The notes under the pieces were generated by a model. The model made no database searches. It was not told the origin of the DNA and worked only from the letters and a program-made list of their open reading frames with translations. Positions 19,680 through 26,557 of a stretch of DNA of 32,000 nt are shown here, in pieces (the stretch's first letter is position 1; each line of letters starts with the position of its first letter). This DNA is from Methanothermobacter marburgensis str. Marburg (lineage in GTDB: Archaea; Methanobacteriota; Methanobacteria; Methanobacteriales; Methanothermobacteraceae), in NCBI RefSeq assembly GCF_000145295.1, contig NC_014408.1, positions 1,542,794 through 1,574,793 on the forward strand, given 5' to 3'. Position numbers and translations under genes: made by a program.

Positions 19680-20609
19680 TTAACCCCTGAGTTTTTCAAG
19701 TAGCCCTGACCTCCTTGCGTGGTTGAAGAGGTAGAGCTGGACGTAACCAGCCATTTCACCGTACTCGCGGGCTGCAAATTCAGCAATCTCCCTGGCACTG
19801 AAGTTTCTATCAGGGTACAGGTGGTTCATTATCCTCCTCACCCAAACATCAACAGGGAAGGCCTCGGTCTTCCTGAAACCATAGAGGAGTATGCAGTCAG
19901 CCACCTTCGGTCCGACCCCTGGCAGTTCAAGGAGGACCTCCCTGGCATCCTGGTAGTCCATCCTGTGGATTTTGCTGATATCAAGTTCCTCAGAGAGTAT
20001 CCTTGAGGTCTCCCTTATGTAGGGGGCCCTGTAGCCCACCCCGCATGATCTGAGGTCAGTGAACCTGAAATCATCGGGTAGTTTATCCTCGCGCCTCTGA
20101 AGGTCCTCAAGTGATTCCTCCTCAACCCCTGCAAGGGTGGCAGGGGATGGGAAGGTGTAGAACCGCTCCCCCCTGAATAGGTGGCAGTCACCCCACCCCC
20201 TTTTGATGTCATCCACTGCCCTCGTCCATCTCTTAATGGAGCAGTTGGCAGAGGCTATGGATGAGATTATGCACTCAAATGGATCCTTTGCAAGGAATAG
20301 CCTCAGCCCCCTTGATGATTGAATGGTGTCTGAGAGCCCTTTATCCTCAAGAAAACTGTATAAATCTTCAATTTCAAATTTAAGGTCGAATATGTACTCT
20401 ATCTTCTTCTTTAAAGGTTTTCTGGGGACATCAGAGTAGGGGTTCACCCTGAGGACTTCATCCCCAGCCCTCACCTCCACAGGGCAGGGCACTCCCCCGA
20501 TTATGAGGAGCTCCCTGAAGGCGCCGTCAACCCTTTTCCATGGTGGCTGGGATGTCTGGCCGCTCTCCTGGGTCAGTTCAAGGTCGAATTCCCTTACAGG
20601 TATATCCAT
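19680..20609 (-). CDS. ogg: 8-oxoguanine DNA glycosylase / AP lyase (Ogg1-type HhH-GPD)
   Basis: Ogg1-like N-terminal domain (LELTQESGQTSQPPW). HhH-GPD motif LPGVGPKVADCILLYGF with the catalytic Lys, and the downstream FPVDVWV Asp. Confidence 0.85.
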   Translation of the reverse strand: MDIPVREFDLELTQESGQTSQPPWKRVDGAFRELLIIGGVPCPVEVRAGDEVLRVNPYSDVPRKPLKKKIEYIFDLKFEIEDLYSFLEDKGLSDTIQSSRGLRLFLAKDPFECIISSIASANCSIKRWTRAVDDIKRGWGDCHLFRGERFYTFPSPATLAGVEEESLEDLQRREDKLPDDFRFTDLRSCGVGYRAPYIRETSRILSEELDISKIHRMDYQDAREVLLELPGVGPKVADCILLYGFRKTEAFPVDVWVRRIMNHLYPDRNFSAREIAEFAAREYGEMAGYVQLYLFNHARRSGLLEKLRG

Positions 20610-20616
20610 GTATAGT

Positions 20617-21456
20617 TTAACCCCGTTTTTCCTGTAGCCTGACCGGGATACCCCTTGAATGAAGGTACTCCTTCACAGCGGGGACCGGATACTCGTTGAA
20701 GTGGAATATGCTTGCAGCGAGGGCCGCGTCTGCCTTTCCATCTGTGAAGGCCTCGTATATGTGCTGGGGGTTTCCCACCCCCCCTGATGCTATGACAGGT
20801 ATGTCCAGGTTCTCGCTCATGGTCCTTGTGAGTGGAATGTCATAGCCCTCCTTTGTGCCGTCGCGGTCCATGGATGTGAGGAGTATCTCCCCTGCCCCCA
20901 TCTCCTGGCACTCCATTGCCCAGTTTATAGCGTCTATCCCTGTGAACTCCCTTCCACCGTATATGCTGCACTCGTACCAGCAGTAGCCGTCATCAACTTC
21001 TATTATGAACCTCTCATCTGATTCCCGGGGGTTTTCAATGTATCTCCTCTTGGCATCTATTGCAACGACACATGCCTGGGACCCCACGAGTTTTGATGCC
21101 TCACTGATGAGTTCAGGGTTTTTTATTGCCGCCGTGTTTGTTGAGCACTTATCTGCGCCGGCCTTCAGCATCTTAACGTAGTCCTCTGGTTTCCTTATGC
21201 CTCCCCCCACACATATGGGCACGAAGACGTTCTCGGTGGTTGCCTCTATCACATGGGTCATGGTCTCCCTTCTCTCATGGGATGCTGTTATGTCAAGGAA
21301 GACTATCTCATCGGCACCATCCTCGTAGTAGCGGGTTGCAAGTTCCACAGGGTCCCCCGCATATCTTATCCTCTTGAATTCAACGCCCTTCACGACCCTG
21401 CCATGAGGCACCTGGAGGTCGCAGTCAAGACATGGTATTATCCTCTTTGCAAGCAT
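20617..21456 (-). CDS. hisF: Imidazole glycerol phosphate synthase cyclase subunit
   Basis: [11 protein letters not shown]...[25 protein letters not shown]...ASGGVG. The track ORF starts at GTG 21468. Confidence 0.95.
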   Translation of the reverse strand: MLAKRIIPCLDCDLQVPHGRVVKGVEFKRIRYAGDPVELATRYYEDGADEIVFLDITASHERRETMTHVIEATTENVFVPICVGGGIRKPEDYVKMLKAGADKCSTNTAAIKNPELISEASKLVGSQACVVAIDAKRRYIENPRESDERFIIEVDDGYCWYECSIYGGREFTGIDAINWAMECQEMGAGEILLTSMDRDGTKEGYDIPLTRTMSENLDIPVIASGGVGNPQHIYEAFTDGKADAALAASIFHFNEYPVPAVKEYLHSRGIPVRLQEKRG

Positions 21457-21546
21457 TTCAATCGCCACTGGCCCATAATATTCCTGAAACTTTATGTATA
21501 TCTAAAGGGTACCCTCTATAAATCTGTGGTGGTGTACGGCTATGAG

Positions 21547-21575
21547 AAAATATTTAAATGGTTAAGTTTAAATAG
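21547..21575 (+). promoter_or_regulatory. A/T-rich TATA-like boxes upstream of tRNA-Arg
   Basis: AAAATATTTAAATGG and GTTTAAATAGAG lie 15-40 nt upstream of the tRNA 5' end. Assigned by position only. Confidence 0.35.
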
Positions 21576-21588
21576 AGAAGTGTCTGTA

Positions 21589-21664
<76 letters not shown>

Positions 21665-21717
21665 TATTTCATCTGGTTCTGAATTTATACCTGTTAATTA
21701 TAAACTCATAAGGTCGT

Positions 21718-22245
21718 CTATTCCATTTTACAGCCCCATTCATAGGGTATCAAGTCATTATCATTAGGGTCCAGCCGTCTTTCATCAACGTTTTCAGGAT
21801 CATATAGAAGGGACGGCATGCCTATGACCACAGCAATATCTGTACCAATATTCTTTGTTCCATGAAATATCCCGGGAGGTATGTAAACAGCTCTTGGGTA
21901 TCTTTCGCCCATAAAGATTTCATTTATTATACCATAGGTGGGTGAATCCCTGCGGTAGTCATAGAGCCAGTTTAACCATTCCATGCACACAGATCAGGCG
22001 ATCTTGTTGCCTGGAATGTATGTGCCACCCTTTAACCATCCCCGGATATGAGTAAGATGCTATTATCTGTTTTATATCCGCCGCTTTCATTCCATGATCA
22101 TCCAGACGCATTAGCTCTATAAGAAACCCCCTTTCATCTGAAAATGTCACGAGGTCCTTTATCACCCCCCTTCAATGGGTCTCTCACCATTAAATCCTGG
22201 CATTTTCTGCACGCGGGGTTTATCCATTTCTTCAAATGTCTTCAT
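21718..22245 (-). pseudogene. dTDP-4-dehydrorhamnose 3,5-epimerase (RmlC)-like cupin, split by two frameshifts
   Basis: There are three collinear pieces. Piece 1 is ATG 22245 [27 protein letters not shown]. Piece 2 is VIKDLVTFSDERGFLIEL...WHIHSRQQDRLICVHGMVKLAL* (track 21959..22165). Piece 3 is YDYRRDSPTYG...IPPGIFHG... (track 21718..21990). Joined, they give about 175 aa with the RmlC pattern i.Gv..i.p..f.DeRG.f.E ... dlR..SpTyG. The shifts are at the G6 run 22165-22170 and at about 21958-21967. Confidence 0.7.
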
Positions 22246-22873
22246 GGACTTTCCTCCTTATACATCCATGAAAGGGGATCCTTCCCATCGGGGAACATTG
22301 CACCATAAGGTTCAAAATATTTAAGATCCGTTACTGTGCAGAAATGCATCCCCCTATCCGATTCTACCATCATCAATGGTCTGGCTGCTTCTGTATCCCA
22401 TGAACCATCATTCCTGTTGTATATACGATCATCGACCTCCAGATGCACAACCTTACCTACTATCAGTAGATATGGTACCTCCATGTAGGTATCCTCATAA
22501 ATTCTGTGAAGTTCGCATTCCATCCATGCATAGCATCCCCTGATTCCCGGCACTGTCACCTTTGCTGATGGTTTCTCTTCAAGACCAGCCAGTTCAAATT
22601 CATCAATCTCTGGGGGAACATGGGATGCTGTGGGGATTACTTTCTCAACCATGTCTGCACCTGGCAGATTTATAACAAACTCCTCTGTCTCCATTATGTT
22701 CACATATGTATCCCTCATCTTAGCTGATGCCACACAGATAAGGTCAAATGGCCTGAGAATGGGCATCAGACATGAATAGGGGGCTATATTCCTTATACCT
22801 TCACCACTCACGGTTGATATGAATGCCACCGAAGTGGTATTAATGATTCTCTCTTAAAATTTTTTAATATCAT
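22242..22873 (-). pseudogene. Flavin reductase-like (FMN-binding split-barrel) protein; N-terminal 14 codons are in another frame
   Basis: The track ORF (GTG 22829) begins abruptly at [19 protein letters not shown]. An ATG at 22873 with a strong GGTGAT SD encodes [15 protein letters not shown] in a frame one base off. Adding one base at about 22829-22831 gives ...LIPLRVAFISTV, the usual family N-terminus. Its stop overlaps the next gene's ATG (ATGA). Confidence 0.55.
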
Positions 22874-23040
22874 ATAATCACCGTATTCTATATTAATTTA
22901 ATAAATATATAAGGGTTTCAGTGTTATATAATTCCTAAATAATCGGACAGCCCGGTGGAAAAACCAGCCCCGAAAACCTAAGAAGAAGATCCAGACAACC
23001 AGCAACACAGAAAAACATCAGAACATCAAGCACCGAGGAA

Positions 23041-23217
23041 ATGCAGAACATCAAAGGTAAATGCTGGCAGTTTGTGGGTGGTATTTTAGGAAGGGTCTTC
23101 TGGGCCTATTATACGGTCTATGGTCTGATTCAGTGGTATGGCGATAATATCAACCCCGGGTTTAAGAGGATCCCCCAGGCATACCGGTGGGTTCACAGGT
23201 ACCATCTCGACAGATAA
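23041..23217 (+). CDS. P1: unannotated 58-aa Gly/Trp/Tyr-rich small peptide
   Basis: ATG 23041 to TAA 23217 gives MQNIKGKCWQFVGGILGRVFWAYYTVYGLIQWYGDNINPGFKRIPQAYRWVHRYHLDR. It shares a GR[VF][FI].W...TVYG core with P2, encoded with different synonymous codons. The SD is weak (GAGGA only 1-2 nt from the ATG). It is followed 25 nt later by membrane protein M1. Confidence 0.55.
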   Translation: MQNIKGKCWQFVGGILGRVFWAYYTVYGLIQWYGDNINPGFKRIPQAYRWVHRYHLDR

Positions 23218-23242
23218 AAAAATAGATAAATGGTGGGTTTTA

Positions 23243-23635
23243 ATGAAATCAGAGAAGAGTTATTTTGTAAGTATGGCTGGAATGGTGATTGTTCTCATAT
23301 CAACACTCCTAATCCTATTCTCAGGGGGCATTCCGGCAAGCGGACTCTTTCAACTCATCTATCAGCGGCTGAACACAGCCCTCTTTTACCTGCTGCTCAA
23401 TCTACTCCTGCTAAGTCTCCTGAAGGCATGGTGGGGGGAGAACTGGCCACCATGTCTCCTATCCCTTGCCATCATCAACATCACAGGTATCACCTATTCA
23501 ACACTCATGGATATCAGTTTAACCAAAGGCACAATAGAGAGCCTATGGTCAGCCATTCTCCCAGCCGGAATAATCAACATCATCCCAGAACCCCTCAAAC
23601 ACAAAAGAACCCCAAAAGAGGGGATGAAAAAATAA
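23243..23635 (+). CDS. M1: small polytopic membrane protein (130 aa, about 4 TM, Lys-rich C-terminus)
   Basis: The true start is probably ATG 23243 (MKSEKSYF), with a GGTGGG SD 5 nt upstream. The track start at 23138 would overlap P1. Hydrophobic segments are MAGMVIVLISTLLILF, ALFYLLLNLLLLSLL, CLLSLAIINITGI and LWSAILPAGIINII. Confidence 0.7.
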   Translation: MKSEKSYFVSMAGMVIVLISTLLILFSGGIPASGLFQLIYQRLNTALFYLLLNLLLLSLLKAWWGENWPPCLLSLAIINITGITYSTLMDISLTKGTIESLWSAILPAGIINIIPEPLKHKRTPKEGMKK

Positions 23636-23644
23636 ATTAAATAA

Positions 23645-23755
23645 ATCATCAACACCCTCGCCCATATCCACCAATTAACAGTATCCCCAAACCTGTACCA
23701 GAAAAAAAGGGGGATATACAGGGTTCCCGAAAACAAACCAGAAAAAAACCAATGA
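23645..23755 (+). pseudogene. Start-less fragment related to the P3 leader (decayed small-peptide gene)
   Basis: The frame reads IINTLAHIHQLTVSPNLYQKKRGIYRVPENKPEKNQ*. SPNLYQ (TCC CCA AAC CTG TAC CAG) matches P3 MLSPNLYQ (AGC CCT AAC TTA TAT CAA), with 5 of 6 codons differing synonymously. No start codon is present. Confidence 0.3.
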
Positions 23756-23898
23756 CCCCGATGATCACCAGGTGACACGAAAGCAACCCCCCAGAAGAAT
23801 CCTTTCCCATCAACGTGAATAATACATTAAAAGTGAACCGTAATATATATATGAGTTTTTCTTATAGATTTATTATCAATTTATGGTGGTGATAATGG

Positions 23899-24756
23899 AT
23901 GAGAAAGTCGTGTCTTTGGGGTTTGCTGATCCTCCTCACACTCGCAGTATCCTTTAACGCTGCCGCAGCCGCAGAAACCCCGCAGGATAACAGCAGCAAC
24001 CCCACCGATCCCATGGAACTATCCACAGCAGATAACCCTGAAGGGAACTTCACGGATCCAGCAGAGTTCACCATAGACGATAACATCACAGCCGACACCA
24101 CAGGAGTGGTTATGCAGACCAGGAACTACACCTGCGGGCCGGCAGCACTCGCCACACTACTCCAGAACCTTGGAATAAACACAACCGAAGATGAGCTCGC
24201 AGACCTCGCCGAAACCACAGAAGACGGAACAACAATGCAGGGACTCATCAAAGCAGCAAAGGCCAAAGGCGTGAATGCAGTCGCAAAGAGGGTTTCTGTA
24301 GAAAACCTGAAACCTGGGATGATAGTCTACATGGACGGTCATTACAGTGTCATAAGAGATGTGGATAATGAGACAGTTTCACTGGCAGACCCCAGCCTCG
24401 GGAAGATATCAAGACCACTTGAAGAATTTAAAGATGAATACAGTGGTATGGCACTACTTATAAGTGGAAACAACACATCAGCGGACGGAACAGGAGATAA
24501 CCTCTCAGAAAACACCACAGAAGAACCATCGCCAGAAGAAATTGAAAACATAAAAGGAAGATATCACACAAGCTACACGGAATACAGGAAAGTATACGTG
24601 CGTATAGAATATCGGTGGGTCTGTGGGTGGCACAAAGAGGTTGTAGGGGGTATACATACAATATTTGGAACTTTTCCACTTTACAGAGAAGTATGGGGCT
24701 GGTACAGAGTCTATGATCCGCACTATGAACTAAGAGTCATAGCCATTAAGAGGTGA
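23899..24756 (+). CDS. Exported C39-like (papain-fold) cysteine peptidase with an aromatic-rich, P1-like C-terminal tail
   Basis: GGTGGTGAT SD lies 5 nt upstream. Sec-type signal MRKSCLWGLLILLTLAVSFNAAAAA. The core is MQTRNYTCGPAALATLLQNLG...GHYSVIRDVDNETVSLADP, giving Q73-x5-C79, H148 and D164 (H-x15-D). This is the arrangement I recall for C39 / C39_2 peptidase domains. There are at least 8 N-x-S/T sequons. Confidence 0.75.
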   Translation: MRKSCLWGLLILLTLAVSFNAAAAAETPQDNSSNPTDPMELSTADNPEGNFTDPAEFTIDDNITADTTGVVMQTRNYTCGPAALATLLQNLGINTTEDELADLAETTEDGTTMQGLIKAAKAKGVNAVAKRVSVENLKPGMIVYMDGHYSVIRDVDNETVSLADPSLGKISRPLEEFKDEYSGMALLISGNNTSADGTGDNLSENTTEEPSPEEIENIKGRYHTSYTEYRKVYVRIEYRWVCGWHKEVVGGIHTIFGTFPLYREVWGWYRVYDPHYELRVIAIKR

Positions 24757-24761
24757 AAAGT

Positions 24762-25241
24762 ATGGATAGAAGGCATTTTCTGATTCTTGGTCTGCTTGCT
24801 GGCTTTTTTGTGGGTTACGGAGTGAGTGAGCTTCTTATAGCAGGTATTTCCCTTCCATCCAGTGGAAATGATCTCGCTAAACCCTTAACAGGCGCTGAAG
24901 CCGTGAAATATAAGGAGGAGTGCCGTGCACTTGACCTTTCCACTTCAAGGGAGGATCCATACGCCCTCAACGGTCAGAAGGTCTGGGTTGAGGGAACAGT
25001 GTATAAAAAGGGGGAATCATACGGTGTCAAACCACAGGAAACCTTCATTGCCCTCAAGATCAACACCACACCAGACTACATACTCCTAAGTTACGCCGGG
25101 AAAACCCCAATAAAAAAGGGGGACCATATAAAAGCATATGGTGAATACTTCTACCCTGCAGAGGACACAACCACACCTGAACTCAAAAATAAAGAACTCC
25201 CTCTGATAAAAGTCGTCTACATTGAGAAAATAAACAGCTGA
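24762..25241 (+). CDS. Exported or membrane-anchored protein with a twin-arginine-like N-terminus (MDRRHFLILGLLAG)
   Basis: GAGGTGA SD lies 5 nt upstream of ATG 24762; the track start GTG 24753 overlaps the peptidase stop. One N-terminal hydrophobic segment is followed by a soluble, probably beta-rich domain. No family was recognised. Confidence 0.6.
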   Translation: MDRRHFLILGLLAGFFVGYGVSELLIAGISLPSSGNDLAKPLTGAEAVKYKEECRALDLSTSREDPYALNGQKVWVEGTVYKKGESYGVKPQETFIALKINTTPDYILLSYAGKTPIKKGDHIKAYGEYFYPAEDTTTPELKNKELPLIKVVYIEKINS

Positions 25242-25327
25242 TACATCAAACACATGGAACACAAAACACTCCAACATTCTAGTTAATAGAACAGTAACCA
25301 ATTATTTTTTAAAAGAGGGGAAAAGCT

Positions 25328-25759
25328 ATGAAATATAAAAGGTTTATATTAACGTTACTGGCGGTTTTTGCCATAACTGCGGCTATAGTTCTATCAGGGT
25401 GGCTGCAGGGGGATGAGCTGGCCCCATTCTTCTATGTTGTCTCAGGGGACCCTGTTGATTCAGCAGCCTATATTCTCATTTTAGATGTCATTGCTATACT
25501 GTTCATGACTGGTTTGAAGGGGGTTATCATAGACACGGGTGGATGCTATGACCATGACTTTACCGGGACACTACTAATCAGCGCCCTGTTCACACTGGGA
25601 TTCAACCTCATAGGTTTAACAAACGCCATCCTCACAGAAACACCCATCAACAAAAATGTTGTGGGCACCACATGCGTCGCGATTACAGTAACCGCCACCG
25701 CATATATCGCCTTTACAGTGTTAACCATAATCAAACCAGTAACTGATTCAAAAGATTGA
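25328..25759 (+). CDS. M2: polytopic membrane protein (143 aa, about 4 TM)
   Basis: AGAGGGG lies upstream. Hydrophobic segments are FILTLLAVFAITAAIVL, AAYILILDVIAILFMTG, LLISALFTLGFNLIGL and CVAITVTATAYIAFTVLTII. Confidence 0.65.
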   Translation: MKYKRFILTLLAVFAITAAIVLSGWLQGDELAPFFYVVSGDPVDSAAYILILDVIAILFMTGLKGVIIDTGGCYDHDFTGTLLISALFTLGFNLIGLTNAILTETPINKNVVGTTCVAITVTATAYIAFTVLTIIKPVTDSKD

Positions 25760-25829
25760 GAAAAAAGCATCATTAAAATACAGCAAGCAAAAAACTGAAA
25801 GTATCGGTTGAAGATGAGGGGTGAATGGC

Positions 25830-25973
25830 ATGGTGAGGAGTTTAACTGGTGGAAGGTTTATTATATGGTTTGCCGGGACAGTGTACGGGGGTCCCTGGGG
25901 CAAAGCGGGTGCCCTTTATCTCATCTTTGAACCTGCAGAAAGGCGTCGTACACATTGTGGGTGGTGGTATTAA
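25830..25973 (+). CDS. P2: unannotated 47-aa Gly/Trp/Tyr-rich small peptide, paralogue of P1
   Basis: ATG 25830 to TAA 25973 gives MVRSLTGGRFIIWFAGTVYGGPWGKAGALYLIFEPAERRRTHCGWWY. GGGGTGA SD lies 5 nt upstream. It is followed 37 nt later by M3 (CAGGAGG SD). Confidence 0.6.
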   Translation: MVRSLTGGRFIIWFAGTVYGGPWGKAGALYLIFEPAERRRTHCGWWY

Positions 25974-26010
25974 AGTACCGCCATTCCTCCTTATTCAGGA
26001 GGTTTTATAA

Positions 26011-26343
26011 ATGTCATTTGATGAAAGAAGGTTTTTAGGCCTATTCACGGTTTTGATGGTAATTTCATTCCTCTATGTGTTTGATGTCCATGGAGCCTCA
26101 GAATTCATGGTTTTTCTCTTGATGCTTACCATGCTCTCCCTCTATGGCTATAGAACTTCAAACCAGCACAAAGGGCAGCTTAAAATTTTTGTTGAAACGG
26201 TCCTAACAGCACTCCTCCTCTACATCATACTGGTACTTCAACCAGCGCTAAACACCTTAAACTGGTATGTTGCCATCATATTACTGACAACACTCCCTGA
26301 TCAACACACCCCAACTGAAAACCCTCCCAAGAACCAACAGTAA
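26011..26343 (+). CDS. M3: small polytopic membrane protein (110 aa, 3 TM)
   Basis: Hydrophobic segments are FLGLFTVLMVISFLYVF, FMVFLLMLTMLSLYG and VLTALLLYIILVL / YVAIILLTTL. The C-terminal tail is rich in P, T, N and Q. Confidence 0.65.
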   Translation: MSFDERRFLGLFTVLMVISFLYVFDVHGASEFMVFLLMLTMLSLYGYRTSNQHKGQLKIFVETVLTALLLYIILVLQPALNTLNWYVAIILLTTLPDQHTPTENPPKNQQ

Positions 26344-26373
26344 AAACAAAGAAACATAGAGTACCTTTTTGGG

Positions 26374-26553
26374 ATGCTAAGCCCTAACTTATATCAATTG
26401 TTGAGGTAGAAGGGTGGCTTCATTGTGGAGATATTTGGGGGTTAGATTTCGATGGGTTCCAGGATTACAGTGAAAGCTAAATGGTCTGGTACCGTCACGA
26501 GGGTTATAGATTTGCATCATAATGGGGCCTCCCTACCCATTGGTAGGTGGTGA
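26374..26553 (+). pseudogene. P3: degenerate P-family peptide gene with two in-frame TAG stops (a 33-aa ORF from ATG 26452 remains open)
   Basis: The single frame reads MLSPNLYQLLR*KGGFIVEIFGG*ISMGSRITVKAKWSGTVTRVIDLHHNGASLPIGRW*. GGFIVEIFGG resembles P2 GGRFIIWFAG. WSGTV resembles WFAGTV. It has the same position relative to a downstream M gene as P1 and P2. Confidence 0.35.
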
Positions 26554-26557
26554 TCTA

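Noticed and set aside
22935-23033. 32-codon hydrophobic, Cys-rich minus-strand ORF (VLDVLMFFCVAGCLDLLLRFSGLVFPPGCPII) antisense to the P1 leader region
   Set aside because: It has no SD or ATG context and no paralogue, and it is again the complement of an A/C-rich stretch. The evidence is insufficient.
23154-23161. Search for an att-like duplicate of the tRNA-Arg 3' end inside the island
   Set aside because: The best match seen by eye is only the 8-mer CCCCGGGT, inside the P1 coding sequence. That is chance level.
23138-23242. N-terminal 35 codons of track ORF 23138..23635
   Set aside because: There is no SD at 23138. A good GGTGGG SD precedes ATG 23243. The extension overlaps P1, which has paralogue support.
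23494-23778. 94-aa minus-strand ORF, with WYRFGDTVNWW vaguely like the P-family core
   Set aside because: It has a GTG start without an SD, and 142 nt of it is antisense to the well-supported M1 gene. The resemblance probably reflects G/T-rich composition on the complement of an A/C-rich spacer. A fourth, inverted P-like remnant cannot be fully excluded.
22950-23810. A/C-rich tails resembling the M3 C-terminus (PENKPEKNQ* and TSPENL against TPTENPPKNQQ*) read as remnants of further M genes
   Set aside because: The similarity is confined to P/E/N/K/Q/T codons, which any A/C-rich sequence produces, and its order relative to the SPNLYQ match is inconsistent. Only the SPNLYQ match was kept, as a finding.
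25814-25930. Alternative-frame 38-aa sORF MRGEWHGEEFNWWKVYYMVCRDSVRGSLGQSGCPLSHL overlapping P2
   Set aside because: Its aromatic richness is a by-product of the G/T-rich sequence. Only the P2 frame aligns with P1 with synonymous codon differences, and only P2 has a well-spaced SD.
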